A stretch of 64,000 nt of DNA from an uncultured Methanoregulaceae archaeon. Lineage in GTDB: Archaea > Halobacteriota > Methanomicrobia > Methanomicrobiales > Methanospirillaceae. The first letter of the stretch is position 1, and each line of letters starts with the position of its first letter. The position numbers were made by a program, and so were the translations under genes. This document shows, piece after piece, positions 10,359 to 21,576 of the stretch. The stretch lies in assembly GCA_963717525.1 (NCBI GenBank), contig OY970343.1:2016001-2080000 (forward strand). Reading direction: 5' to 3'. The notes beneath the pieces were generated by a model. That model did not search any database, was not told the DNA's origin, and was given only the letters and a program-made list of their open reading frames with translations.

Positions 10359-12008
10359 TTACGCTCCTTTTTTGGCGCTAAAAACGATAATAACGCCACC
10401 ATTCAGCCGTTCGAGCAAAGAATCAAAACGAATGCTCCAACGGAGTAGTGTTTTTTCTCCCAATAATGCAATCAAAGGAGATATAAAAAACAGGGTTGTA
10501 TGAGTTCTTTCCGAGTAAGATGCAAAAAAATCCTCAAGTTCCAACACTGAAAAAAATTTCAGGTGTGTTTCCCCGTAGTTCCGACCCCGCCCGAGAACAT
10601 CCCAAAAAAATTCGTATACCCCCCATACAGACTGCTCATTGGGTGTCGATATAACGATTGCTCCACCTTTTTTAAGCACCCTCTCAGATTCGGCAATCAT
10701 TTTTTCTGGTTGATGAAGGTGTTCAATAATCTCAGCACAAATAATCTTAGAAAAGGTATCTTTCTTAAAGGGGAGATTTTCAGCATCTGCGATCAGGAAC
10801 TCAGCATTCGGAAAATTTTTACTTTTTGCATACTGGAGGACACTTCGATTTACATCCATTCCGATTATCAGATTGGGAGAGTTCAAATTCAAAGCATGAA
10901 GCTGGACGCCACTTCCGCAGCCTATATCTAGGATCACATCACTGTTTTTTGCATCAAGCATTGTTTTAATGGTATTTGTTCTTCGACGTTGGAAATACCG
11001 CTGGACACAAAGATCCGAATTATAGGCTCTCTCATCGATATCTCCATCAATGGAATTATAGTGACTGAGCAGATTCTCCTTTTTTGTATCTAGGGAAAAG
11101 AAACTTTGTAGACCAATCAGATCAATTACGATTTCAAGAAATCTCGTGAGGAACGCAAAAGCGGTTGCAGCTGCGAGGCTTACACCGAGAAGAACAAGGA
11201 TTCCGACAATTCCTGCCTCCTGGATACCAAGCCCGGCAGGAGTGACGGGAATTAAAGAAAGAATTGTAAGCAGCGGATTTAACAGGAGAGCCTCGATAAG
11301 GGTGATTGCCATTCCCCCAATCGCTTTTGCAACAAAAAACCATTCGAGTCCGCGGAAAATCCAGCCGATACATGAAACGGAGATGATATAGGGGGATATT
11401 TTCTGGATTAACCGACTCTGTTCACCGAGGTCGAGGATATATTTCAGATACGTATTCTTCTGGCAAAAATTCTGCATTACCTGTCCGGGGTACATGATGA
11501 GAAAATACCCCGTGATGATGAGCAACAGAAGAATTACAATTAAATAAATAATATACTCAAACGGAAGACCGGTGATCGTGGCGTAGAGATAATAGATTGC
11601 AACAATGGCAATAAAAGTTTTGAAGAGAAGATCATAAATATATGTGCTTGTAATAGCTGCTATTCCCTTGGGAAGGGCGACGCCCTTCTTGTTCAGGGCA
11701 AAGGCAACATAAAAATACCCGCTTCTTCCTGGAGTAAAATCTGAAAGGAGCATTCCAGCCATCTGAGAAAGAAAGACTATCCGGAACCGGATTTTATTTC
11801 CCAGATAATTGAGCACTCGTTTCAATCTGATTGACATGATAATATTATTTAAAAAGTAACAAAGCCCCGCCAGTATGAGAAAGAACCAGTCCAGGTGCAG
11901 AAGAATCTGGCTTACCTGAATATAATTGATTGATCCCAAGAGGAGAATAATTATAATTAATGCGATGATCACCTGGATAATCCTAAAAGAATCTCGTTTT
12001 AAATCCAT
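10359..12008 (-). CDS. Fusion of AglD2/LPG-synthase-TM flippase-like domain and class I SAM methyltransferase
   Basis: N-terminal TM domain with DFTPGRSG and PVTPAGLGIQE; C-terminal ILDIGCGSG, DAENLPF, EIIEHL, ISTPN; AT-rich. Confidence 0.82.
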   Translation of the reverse strand: MDLKRDSFRIIQVIIALIIIILLLGSINYIQVSQILLHLDWFFLILAGLCYFLNNIIMSIRLKRVLNYLGNKIRFRIVFLSQMAGMLLSDFTPGRSGYFYVAFALNKKGVALPKGIAAITSTYIYDLLFKTFIAIVAIYYLYATITGLPFEYIIYLIVILLLLIITGYFLIMYPGQVMQNFCQKNTYLKYILDLGEQSRLIQKISPYIISVSCIGWIFRGLEWFFVAKAIGGMAITLIEALLLNPLLTILSLIPVTPAGLGIQEAGIVGILVLLGVSLAAATAFAFLTRFLEIVIDLIGLQSFFSLDTKKENLLSHYNSIDGDIDERAYNSDLCVQRYFQRRRTNTIKTMLDAKNSDVILDIGCGSGVQLHALNLNSPNLIIGMDVNRSVLQYAKSKNFPNAEFLIADAENLPFKKDTFSKIICAEIIEHLHQPEKMIAESERVLKKGGAIVISTPNEQSVWGVYEFFWDVLGRGRNYGETHLKFFSVLELEDFFASYSERTHTTLFFISPLIALLGEKTLLRWSIRFDSLLERLNGGVIIVFSAKKGA

Positions 12009-12188
12009 AAAGCTCCAGGAAATCAATTCTTTGCTATAATATGACGAAAAAAGATATAAATAATTGGGGAAGCCGGAATCCTTGACACAGAATCCTTTTC
12101 TTGATTACCTGTTAAAACATACAGAAATCACATTGATACAAAAAACGATTAGGAAAATTTTTTGAGTTTCCGTTTCAAGTAGTATCTG

Positions 12189-14492
12189 ATGATACCTTTT
12201 GACCATATCAGGGAAAAATTCAAGGACTTTTCATCAAAGAATATCCTCTATTATATTTTCCCGGTCCTCATTATCCTGATCCTGTACTTCTCCTTTCTCC
12301 CTTTCAACCAGACCTATATTGGTGAATGGCATGATATATTTGCCAATTCATTGTATTATACCATCACTGATCACAATTACTTCACGACGTGGAACAACCT
12401 TTGGGCTGGTGGCTTTCCACTCACGGCAAACCCGAATTCCGATAAGTATTACCTCTTCTCCTTTCCGTTCTATCTTATCTTCCAGAACCTGACCATTGTG
12501 AATTTCATTATCCTGTTTCACCTTCTGATAGCCTATTTCACTTTTTATAAACTGGGCACTCTCATAACCAAAAATAAGAATGCATTGCTAATCTTCTCGG
12601 TTTTCTATGCCTTTTCCGGTATTATGCTCGGGCGCATTTATGCCGGGCACCACCTTCTCGTCTACGCACTTGCCTGGCTCCCCCTCGTATACTACTTCTT
12701 CCTCAAAATGGTGGTATATAAAGAGATCACTATATGGAATCTGGTGGGTCTGTCTGTTGTTTCAGCTCTTGTGTACTTTACCGGCGATCTTTACCACTTT
12801 ATCCTTGTATATCTCGTTCTTCTCGTTCTTTTCCTGTATTACGCAGCAGTTGGAAAAATCAGCAGAAAGATTTTGTATTATCTAATTCTCTCAATCCTCC
12901 TGACAACCCTGATCATTTCCGTAAAAGTCATACCGGACATTGGTGTTTCTGGTGCGGTAGTCAGGCAGGATGTTATAGATCCGCTTACTGGAGGCGGCTC
13001 TGTTGAAACAGATCTCTCTTCGTTTGTCAACGGTTCAGGAATTGATAGTGTCTGGGCGCAATATGAAAGCGGCGTGATGATAGGAATAATTCCTGTTCTG
13101 CTGATGATTGTTGCACTGATATATGGAAGAAAAGAGATCACGATTCCCGCGTATTTTGGGATAATTTTCTCTTTTATCTGGGCAGGTGCCGGGAAAACCA
13201 TATTCTTTTTCCTCCATCTCCTGCCCATTGTTAACAACCTTCGTAACCCCGGAAGGATATTTGGGGCGCTGTTGCCATTGCTCCTCCTTCTCTCCCTTTA
13301 TGGGGCAGTCATTCTCTATGACAGGATCAAAAATGGCGAGGGATTCACGCTTTCGGGAGAGCAGAAGAGGCTGGTGGCGCTCGGTATCGGGCTGTTGATT
13401 CTGGTGAAACTGTGTGAAATACCGTACCAGGAAATGATCACCCCGGAAACCTTAGTAACCGCCATCCTGATTTTTGCTTTTGTCGCTCTGCTCTATTTCC
13501 AGAAAGGAACCGAGAGGAATATCCTGCTGTTCTTCGGGACGGCCCTTATAGTCAACGCGGGGATAATCCTTCTGATTTACCAGGTTATTCAGCCATTTGT
13601 TCTTATAGAACTGCTCATTATTGCCCTTTTACTTGCCGGACTCTTCATCTTTATGCAGAAATGTTCCACGGGTAAGAATCAATCTCGTGTACTTTGTGGT
13701 ATTCTGTTGGCGGGTATTTTTATAATGATGATGGGAAATCTTGGCAGCGGTTATATCAAAGTATACTCGCCACAGCTCAACGAAAGTCCGGCCCAAGAGA
13801 TCATTCAGCAGGTCAGAAATATTTCACCAAGTAGTGGTCCTCTCGTGGCGTACGAAACAGGAGTACCGATCTGGCATATGGACTTTACGTATTGGGACGT
13901 GGTTAATGGAATACAACCACTGAGCGTTTATTCTGCCTATTATCTCGAGACCATGCCGCAGTTGAGTTATACCATCGACAACGTCACCTATTACACCCCT
14001 AACTACATTGTTGACACTCAGTACCGTGAGAACGGGCAGCAGAACATCCCTAATACCACATTCAAGGTTCAGAATATATCTGTGTATATCCCGGATCATG
14101 TCCTGCCTACAGTGTTCGCCATAAGGGGGGATCAGTTGATCCCGCTCACACTTGATACATTCACTCCGGATGATATCGTGGCATCGGGAGACCTGCAAAA
14201 AGGAGATATTGTCGTCCTGAAAGAGAACTACTATACTGGTTGGAAAGTAAATGGTGCGGATGCCGATCCGGTCGGAACCATGATCGGTACCCAGATGCAG
14301 GCTGATACCAGCACGGTCAGGTTTACCTTCGATCCTTTGGATTACAAAGTGGGAGCCCTTCTCTCGTTACTGGGAGTTATTCTCTTTATCCTTCTCCTTT
14401 TCCGTAGAAAGGATATAGATGAGTATTTCTCCCGGGTTTTGCCACAGGAATCAAAACGACCCACTGGAAATAAAAAAGACCGGAAAAAATAG
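12189..14492 (+). CDS. Large multi-TM protein, YfhO-like putative GT-C glycosyltransferase
   Basis: WNNLWAGGFP, R-x-P-x-R loop, many TM helices, C-terminal ENYYTGWKVNG typical of YfhO-like proteins. Confidence 0.65.
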   Translation: MIPFDHIREKFKDFSSKNILYYIFPVLIILILYFSFLPFNQTYIGEWHDIFANSLYYTITDHNYFTTWNNLWAGGFPLTANPNSDKYYLFSFPFYLIFQNLTIVNFIILFHLLIAYFTFYKLGTLITKNKNALLIFSVFYAFSGIMLGRIYAGHHLLVYALAWLPLVYYFFLKMVVYKEITIWNLVGLSVVSALVYFTGDLYHFILVYLVLLVLFLYYAAVGKISRKILYYLILSILLTTLIISVKVIPDIGVSGAVVRQDVIDPLTGGGSVETDLSSFVNGSGIDSVWAQYESGVMIGIIPVLLMIVALIYGRKEITIPAYFGIIFSFIWAGAGKTIFFFLHLLPIVNNLRNPGRIFGALLPLLLLLSLYGAVILYDRIKNGEGFTLSGEQKRLVALGIGLLILVKLCEIPYQEMITPETLVTAILIFAFVALLYFQKGTERNILLFFGTALIVNAGIILLIYQVIQPFVLIELLIIALLLAGLFIFMQKCSTGKNQSRVLCGILLAGIFIMMMGNLGSGYIKVYSPQLNESPAQEIIQQVRNISPSSGPLVAYETGVPIWHMDFTYWDVVNGIQPLSVYSAYYLETMPQLSYTIDNVTYYTPNYIVDTQYRENGQQNIPNTTFKVQNISVYIPDHVLPTVFAIRGDQLIPLTLDTFTPDDIVASGDLQKGDIVVLKENYYTGWKVNGADADPVGTMIGTQMQADTSTVRFTFDPLDYKVGALLSLLGVILFILLLFRRKDIDEYFSRVLPQESKRPTGNKKDRKK

Positions 14493-14748
14493 TTTAATAG
14501 TTCTAAAGAACCCTGATTAGACTCGAAAAATGTAGGATTTAAGGGTTCTATAAGAAGAAAGAAACTTCTTTCAGATACGGGAGAACAAAATTCAAATAAT
14601 TCACTCAAGCCTCATCAAAAATGAGCTTGGCATTCACGCTCCAGATTAAGATAAGGCAGGTCATAGATCCAAATCTATGGTTATTTTAAATCCACTTCTC
14701 TGCCTACAATCATAAACTCTCTTATTTCCAGACATCCTATACATCATC

Positions 14749-15720
14749 ATGTCCAACATCACCGTCGCTGTCCTTGCCCCGAACGGCTTTGCGGACGAGC
14801 TGGGAAAGAAGGGGACAACGAGCGATATCACCTTTTACAACCTCAAAAGAGGAGAATCCACGGTCACCTTCATCGAACCCACGCGGTACCCTGAAAAACT
14901 CTCCTCGCTGTTCTATGCGATCTCCCTTGCGGATCGCGTTGTTCTGGTGGTGGATGAGATCACCGCGACATTCGGGGAGACCGTCCTGATGCTCCAGTGT
15001 GCAGGAAAAGCGAACGGGTATATCATCTTCCGTAATTACCTGACCCCGGACCAGATCGCCCCGCTCATCAAAGGCACCGTGCTCGAACACTACGAGGCCA
15101 TCGAAAACGATCCGCTTGGGTTACGAGAGAAACTGCTTGATGCCGCAGTAAAGCTGACAGCCCACCATAAAGTAAAGGAAGGGACAAGCAATGGAGCAGT
15201 TCCCATCGATCACCACTTCAACGTCAAAGGAGTGGGTGTCGTCATTCTGGGATGCGTTGCCCACGGGGTCATCAAAAAACACGATTCCTTAAAGGTGCTC
15301 CCGACCGCAAAAACCGCCCAGGTCCGTTCCATCCAGAAACACGAAGACGATGCCGATAGTGCGGTTACCGGGGATCGGGTGGGCCTCGCCCTCAAAGGTG
15401 TCGAAGTCGAAGACCTTGACCGGGGCTACGTCCTCACCAACGATCCGGCGATCAAGAGTTCATCTGTGGTCACGGGCAAGGCGCAGCTGGTAAAATACTG
15501 GCCGGCGCCGTTAAAGGAAGAGATGGTGATCTACCTTGGCCACTGGATGCAGTTTTTACCCTCGCGTCTCACCCGGGTATCGGGAGAAGGGGACTGGAGG
15601 ATGCCCGAACTCACCTTCACCCTTGAAAAGGATCTGGTGTATCTTCCCGGGGCCCGGGTAGTGCTGCATTACCTTGAAGGTGGCAAACTCAGGGTCGTGG
15701 GAACCCTGACCCTTCAATAG
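14749..15720 (+). CDS. SelB-like translation factor with degenerate G domain and EF-Tu domain 2
   Basis: IDHHFNVKGVGVVILG, VRSIQ, GDRVGLALKG beta-barrel; no intact GxxxxGKS/T P-loop. Confidence 0.8.
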   Translation: MSNITVAVLAPNGFADELGKKGTTSDITFYNLKRGESTVTFIEPTRYPEKLSSLFYAISLADRVVLVVDEITATFGETVLMLQCAGKANGYIIFRNYLTPDQIAPLIKGTVLEHYEAIENDPLGLREKLLDAAVKLTAHHKVKEGTSNGAVPIDHHFNVKGVGVVILGCVAHGVIKKHDSLKVLPTAKTAQVRSIQKHEDDADSAVTGDRVGLALKGVEVEDLDRGYVLTNDPAIKSSSVVTGKAQLVKYWPAPLKEEMVIYLGHWMQFLPSRLTRVSGEGDWRMPELTFTLEKDLVYLPGARVVLHYLEGGKLRVVGTLTLQ

Positions 15721-15839
15721 GCCTCTGATATTTTGGATAATTTTTTTATCTTTCTTGTGGTATCCTGTCAAAAGAAGGCATGCCGTCGGCTTACCTCACC
15801 TATTATCTGGTACCGCATACATTTCTGTACTGATACCAC

Positions 15840-16409
15840 ATGTTTGGCGATATTCTGAGCTGGATCATCCTTATCGTTATTATTCTTATTATCATCGGCC
15901 TGATCCTCTGGGCCGTGGGCATCTACAACCGGTTCCAGTCCCTCAAAAACTCGTCCGAGGCAACGCTGGGGCAGATCCGGGTCGCAATGAAGAAGCGTCT
16001 GGACATGATCGACCAGCTGCTCGGGGCAGTGAAGAGCTATGCCAAATTCGAGCAGGAGACGTTTACCAAGGTCACCGCGATGCGGGCCAGCGTTGCGACT
16101 GCAGGCCCGGGAGACCTCAACAAGGTCGAGGCAGAGTCACGCTCCATCTTCGGCCGCCTGCTTGCCGTGGCCGAGAACTACCCGGAGCTCAAGACATCCC
16201 AGACCGTCACCTCGCTCATGGATTCGGTCAAAAGCCTCGAGGAAGAGATCGCCCGCCAGAGATATACCTACAATAACATCTCGCAGGAATTCAATACGAT
16301 GATGGATACCATCCCTTCAAAATTCATCGGCCACATGACCGGCCTGCCCAAGCTGGAATACCTCCAGTTCGAGGAAGAGATCAAGACCCCGCCGAAGATC
16401 GAGTTCTGA
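15840..16409 (+). CDS. lemA: LemA family protein
   Basis: N-terminal TM, YN..., [22 protein letters not shown]. Confidence 0.92.
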   Translation: MFGDILSWIILIVIILIIIGLILWAVGIYNRFQSLKNSSEATLGQIRVAMKKRLDMIDQLLGAVKSYAKFEQETFTKVTAMRASVATAGPGDLNKVEAESRSIFGRLLAVAENYPELKTSQTVTSLMDSVKSLEEEIARQRYTYNNISQEFNTMMDTIPSKFIGHMTGLPKLEYLQFEEEIKTPPKIEF

Positions 16410-16574
16410 CGGGTTTTGTCGTGGGTGAAACCAGGCAGGTTGCCGGTCCGGTCACGGATCCCTCGTTCCGGGTGTTCCCGGGCCGGAGACCGGATTTTCT
16501 CCCTCTAAAGGGGAAAAGAGATATAAATCCACGTCAATCCAATGAATACCCAGATACAATAAAAGAGCGCCTGT

Positions 16575-17165
16575 ATGCACTATTCAGAAGGCCGGCTCGG
16601 CCGGGTATTTGTCCTGACGATCGATGACGGCGAAGATTTTCTGGCTGTCACGCATGAGTTCATACGGAATAAAGCGGTACAGACCGGCACCATCCTCTTT
16701 CTTGGCGCGCTCAGGCAGGGACGGATGGTGACTGGTCCTGAGGAACTTGTCATTCCACCGGAGCCGCATAATGTCATGTTTGAAGGCGGCTGGGAGATGG
16801 TGGGCCTCGGTACTATTTATCCGGGTGATGCCGGTCCTGCAATCCACTACCACGCCTCGGTCGGCCGGGCAGGCCACGCGCTGACCGGGTGCCTGCGGGA
16901 AAAGGCAGTCACGTACATCGTTGCTGAGGCTGTCGTCCTTGAATTTACCGGTCTTGATATCCGCCGCCAGCCTGATGAAAAGACCGGGGTATCCCTGCCG
17001 GTTCATACAAAAGCTGATGACTCATCCCGGCAGTCCACCACCCCCGGGATTGACGCACCCCCCCAAGGATCCGCGCCCGGGGAGAAAGAGCCAAAGAAAG
17101 AAGAGGATATGCCGGGGGGCCTCGCCGAGATTATCCGCGACCTTACCCGGCGCCCGCGGACCTGA
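16575..17165 (+). CDS. PPC/DUF296 domain protein
   Basis: GEDFL, LGAL, WEMVGLGTI, IHYHASVG, GCL pattern; low-complexity tail. Confidence 0.85.
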   Translation: MHYSEGRLGRVFVLTIDDGEDFLAVTHEFIRNKAVQTGTILFLGALRQGRMVTGPEELVIPPEPHNVMFEGGWEMVGLGTIYPGDAGPAIHYHASVGRAGHALTGCLREKAVTYIVAEAVVLEFTGLDIRRQPDEKTGVSLPVHTKADDSSRQSTTPGIDAPPQGSAPGEKEPKKEEDMPGGLAEIIRDLTRRPRT

Positions 17166-17184
17166 CCCGTATAATACCTGATTT

Positions 17185-19093
17185 ATGCGATCCCAACCTC
17201 CGTTCCTTCCCGTTTCTCTCACCGAGGCGAAGGCTCTTGGCATCGAACAGTTCGATAGTATCCTTGTCACGGGAGATGCCTATGTCGATCATCCCGCGTT
17301 TGGCACGGCGCTCATCGGCCGGGTTCTCTGGGATGCGGGATTTTCAGTGGGCGTCATCGCCCAGCCAGACGTGAAGACCGAACGGGACTTTACAGCCCTC
17401 GGGAAACCCCGGCTCTTCTTTGGTATATCTTCCGGCAATGTCGACTCGATGGTCAATAATTTCACCCCCAACCTGAAACGCCGGAGCTCTGACGTATACT
17501 CGCCCGGCGGGATTCCCCGGCGCCCGGACCGTGCGATAATCGTGTACGCAAACCGGGTCCACGCGGCATATTCCGGCACGCCCATTGTCCTCGGGGGTAT
17601 CGAAGCGAGCCTGCGCAGGTTCGCACACTACGACTACTGGCAGGACCGGGTGCGCCAGTCAGTCCTTGCCGATGCCCCGGCCACCCTTCTTGCCTATGGG
17701 ATGGCCGAACGGCAGATGGTTGAGATCGCCCGGCGTCTGGATGCGGGGGAACCGGCCCGGGCTCTTCGGGATATACCGGGGACGTCGTATACCATAGAAG
17801 TGGCCGAATGGCGTGCCGCCCGGCCGGAAGGCATTGTCGAAATCCCGGGGTTTTCCGAGGTATCTTCGGATAAAACTGCGTATGCCCGGGCGTTTGCTGT
17901 CCACTACCGGGAACAGGACCCGGTGCGGGGGAGAGCGGTCGCACAGCCGCATCCAAAGACGGTGGTCATCCAGAACCCCCCGGCCCTGCCTCTTTCTGCC
18001 GCGGAGCTCGACCAGATCTACGAACTACCGTTCTCGCGCCGCGCACACCCCTCGTACCGCGAGCCCGTCCTGGCCCTCGAACCGGTACAGTTCTCGGTGG
18101 TGAGCCACCGGGGCTGCTTCGGGAGCTGTTCGTTCTGCGCCCTCACCCACCACCAGGGGCGTATTATCCAGAGCCGGAGCATTGAATCCATCGTCCGGGA
18201 GGTGACCCGGATGGCCGCGATGCCAGAGTTCAAAGGGACCGTCCAGGACGTAGGCGGTCCGACGGCAAACATGTACGGCATGGGGTGCGATCGCTGGGCT
18301 GCAGCCGGGGCATGCCCGGACAAGTCCTGCTCGCCGGCCTGCCAAACCCTCCGGACAAGCCACCAGCAGCTCACAGACCTTCTCAAAAAAGTCAGTGATG
18401 TGCCGGGCGTGAAAAAGGTGTTCGTCGGCTCCGGCATCCGGTACGACCTTGTGCTTGCAGATGATCCCGACACCCGGTACCTGGAAGATCTCTGCAAATG
18501 GCATGTCTCGGGCCACCTCAAGGTCGCCCCGGAGCACATCTCGCCCCGCGTCACGAGAGCCATGAACAAGCCGGATGGTTCGGTATTTGACCGGTTCATC
18601 GACCGGTTCGAAACCCTCCAGGAAAGCAAACCCAAGCGCCAGTATCTTGTCCCCTATTTTATGTCCGGCCATCCCGGCTGCACGGTCAATGACATGGTCG
18701 AACTCGCTGAGTACATCCGCGATAGCGGGCTCTATACCGAGCAGGTGCAGGACTTTACGCCGACCCCTATGAGCATCTCCACGTGCATGTACTACACCGG
18801 CATAAATCCGTTCACGCTTGAACCGGTGCATGTGCCCAAAGGAAGGGAGAAGAAGATCCAGCGGGCACTCATGCAGTACCCGGGAACCGCAGAACCGGGG
18901 CCTCGTCATCGAAGGGCTCCGCATGGCAGGCAGGAGCGATCTTATCGGGAGCAGGAAGAAATGCCTTGTGGCCGGGGAGAAGTGCGGTGACCGGTACCCG
19001 CCGGGGCCTGCAGCACGATGGAAGCGAACCGGGCGACTGGATCCCGGCCACGATCCGGGATCAACATCAAAAAAGGTCCCGAAAGGAGAATGA
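17185..19093 (+). CDS. YgiQ family radical SAM protein (frameshift at 18879-18881)
   Basis: GDAYVDHP, RGCFGSCSFC CX3CX2C motif, QVQDFTPTP. Removing one C restores LMQYREPQN...AGRSDLIG. Confidence 0.88.
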
Positions 19094-19236
19094 ACTTTTT
19101 CCCGATAGTCCGGGATATTTGTGCCGTGTTTAAATGGGGCAGTACAACGTGATTTCATTGTTACGAAATCAGGATGCGTTGACGGACTTTCACGGTTTTC
19201 CCGGCGGGGTGGTTTCTACAAGAATAAAAAAAGGAT

Positions 19237-19923
19237 TTATCCCCATCCCACAAGCTCAGACGTGGTCGAGCCAGTTGAGGAACTCGAGCTCGATCTGCAC
19301 CGGGACGGGAACGCCGGGTGCCGACCAGAAAGTGACCGTGGCCCCGTTCTCTGATTTGGTGTACTTACTTGCAGCGGGGTATGTTCCTGCAGGGACAGTG
19401 ACCGACTCAATGCCTGCGAACGTGAGTGTTGACTCCTTGTTGAAATTGGTTGCGGACATCTGATTGAGCTGGGATGCGGGGATAGCTGATGGTCATGGTC
19501 TTCCCGTTGACCGTCATGGTCATCGTACCACCCAGGATGCTGTTCATTGCAGAATCATAGTAGTAGTCATACACCCCGTTCATGGCCGAGGAGGTCATGG
19601 TGACTTTCATTTCAACGGCCGGTCTGCCCGTTGTACGTGCTGGTGGATCGCTCCATTTTCATGTCTATCGACATCTCCTTTCCCTGATTTGTCGTTGTGG
19701 TCTGGTATTCCATCCAGTTGTAACTTGACCCGAAGACGGATGAGGAACTCACCGTCGAACCCACCTGCGGCGTCGACGATGCAGCAGCCGGTGATGAGCT
19801 TCCTGACGACGACGTGCCGGATCCCCCGGACGGGGCTGTTGTTGTCTGGGATGCACAACCCGCACATGCGATTGCAATCACGACAAGCATGACTGCAATA
19901 ATACCGATATATGCTGACTTCAT
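19237..19923 (-). CDS. Ser/Thr-rich lipoprotein, hypothetical (three apparent frameshifts near 19623, 19485, 19290)
   Basis: Signal peptide with lipobox IACAGC; pieces in three ORFs join into ...ESVTVPAGTY...TFWSAPGVPVPV...ELVGWG*. Confidence 0.65.
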
Positions 19924-20120
19924 ATTAGTCCTCCAAAGATCTGCACAAGAATCGCAAACATCCGTTTTCAGGCACCGGAAAACAGGAATGTCAGGATCTG
20001 GTTGATATCTCACACTCTATATAATAAAAGAATTTCGAAATTCATCCAATACTCATTCCCGCATCAAATTCGGGTGCAGCAGAACCAGATTCTCCACCAA
20101 AAACAGGAATAATCCGGTCT

Positions 20121-21470
20121 CTACTTCCTGCCATAATCGTCCTCAAAACGGACGATATCGTCCTCTTCGAGGTATTCGCCGAGCTGCACCTCGATCACTT
20201 CGAGAGGGATCACGCCGGGATTTTTGAGCCGGTGCCGGATCCCGCTCCGAACAAACGTGCTCTCCCCCTTCCTGAGCAGTTTTGTCTCGCCGTTAAGTTC
20301 CACCTCGGCCGTCCCGCTCACGACCACCCAGTGCTCGCTCCGGTGGTGGTGGAGCTGGAGGGAGAGTTTCTGCCCGGGCTTGACCGTCACACGCTTGATT
20401 TTGTGCCCCTCAGAATCCTCCAGTACCGTATAGGACCCCCAGGGCCGGTGGACCTGCCGGTGGAACCGGGTGACCGGGTCGTTTTGCTCCTTAAACCGGT
20501 GGACGAGGTCCTTGACCTGCTCCGTGTGCCGGTTGTCGCAGACCAGGAGCGCATCGGCCGTGTCCACCACGACAAGGTTGTCCACGCCTATCAGGCCCAC
20601 GCGTTTGCCCGGCGCATGCACATAGTTGTCCCGTGCAGACAGGTACTCGGCTGCCCCGGCATTTCCCTCCCCATCGTGCGCCTCGACCTCGTAGAGCGCC
20701 GCAAAGGTCCCGAGGTCATTCCACTCTGTATCGAGCGGCACCACGGCCACCTTCTTTGACGGCTCCAGCAGGCCGTAATCGATCGAGACAGAGTCCAGTT
20801 TTCCGTAATCCGGTGTGGTGCTCCCGCCAAACGCGGCAGAGAGGCGGGGCTGGTATTTTTTGAGTTCCCTGAAGAATACGGGGACGGAAAGGAGGAAGAT
20901 TCCGCTGTTCCAGAGGTACCCTTTCTTCACGTAGTCCGTTGCGGTCTTCTCATCGGGCTTTTCCCTGAACTGGTCGACAACAAAGCCTGCGGGGAGCGCC
21001 TTTCCGGGTCTGATATACCCGTATCCGGTGTGTGGCGCTGTTGGTTTGACACCGAACGTGACAAGATAACCCTTTGAGAGCGGTTCCGCGGCCCTGATCT
21101 GGCTGATGGCAACGTCCCCGAGAAGGTGATCGCTTGGGAATACCACCACAGCGGCGTTTTTGTCCTCTTTTTTGATCTGCTGCATCGCCCATGCGATGGC
21201 GGGCAGGGTGTTCTTTTGTTCCGGTTCAGCAAGGATATGGTTATCGGGGATGGCATATCCCAGATCATCCATCTGGTTGCGGACGAGGTACTGGTGGATC
21301 TCATTTGTCACCACCCAGATCCCGTCCTCATCCGAGAATTTTTTTGCCCGTTCACAGGTCTTCTGGAATAGGGATCTCCCGTCCATCGGGATAAACTGCT
21401 TGGGGAAGTATTCGCGTGAAAGGGGCCACAGCCGCGTCCCCACGCCGCCGGCGAGGATAATGGTTTTCAT
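20121..21470 (-). CDS. manC: Mannose-1-phosphate guanylyltransferase/mannose-6-phosphate isomerase
   Basis: ILAGGVGTRLWPLSR..PKQF, FREKP, WNSGIF, WNDLG, C-terminal cupin RPWG...HHHRSEHW. Confidence 0.95.
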   Translation of the reverse strand: MKTIILAGGVGTRLWPLSREYFPKQFIPMDGRSLFQKTCERAKKFSDEDGIWVVTNEIHQYLVRNQMDDLGYAIPDNHILAEPEQKNTLPAIAWAMQQIKKEDKNAAVVVFPSDHLLGDVAISQIRAAEPLSKGYLVTFGVKPTAPHTGYGYIRPGKALPAGFVVDQFREKPDEKTATDYVKKGYLWNSGIFLLSVPVFFRELKKYQPRLSAAFGGSTTPDYGKLDSVSIDYGLLEPSKKVAVVPLDTEWNDLGTFAALYEVEAHDGEGNAGAAEYLSARDNYVHAPGKRVGLIGVDNLVVVDTADALLVCDNRHTEQVKDLVHRFKEQNDPVTRFHRQVHRPWGSYTVLEDSEGHKIKRVTVKPGQKLSLQLHHHRSEHWVVVSGTAEVELNGETKLLRKGESTFVRSGIRHRLKNPGVIPLEVIEVQLGEYLEEDDIVRFEDDYGRK

Positions 21471-21576
21471 GAATCCGCCTGGTACCTGTCCCGGGTTTTT
21501 TCCTGTCCCGGTCGATATTCTTATAGTACTCTGTCCGGGGTTATCCTTTATAAAAGTCGATCCCGCACGGCGCTGG

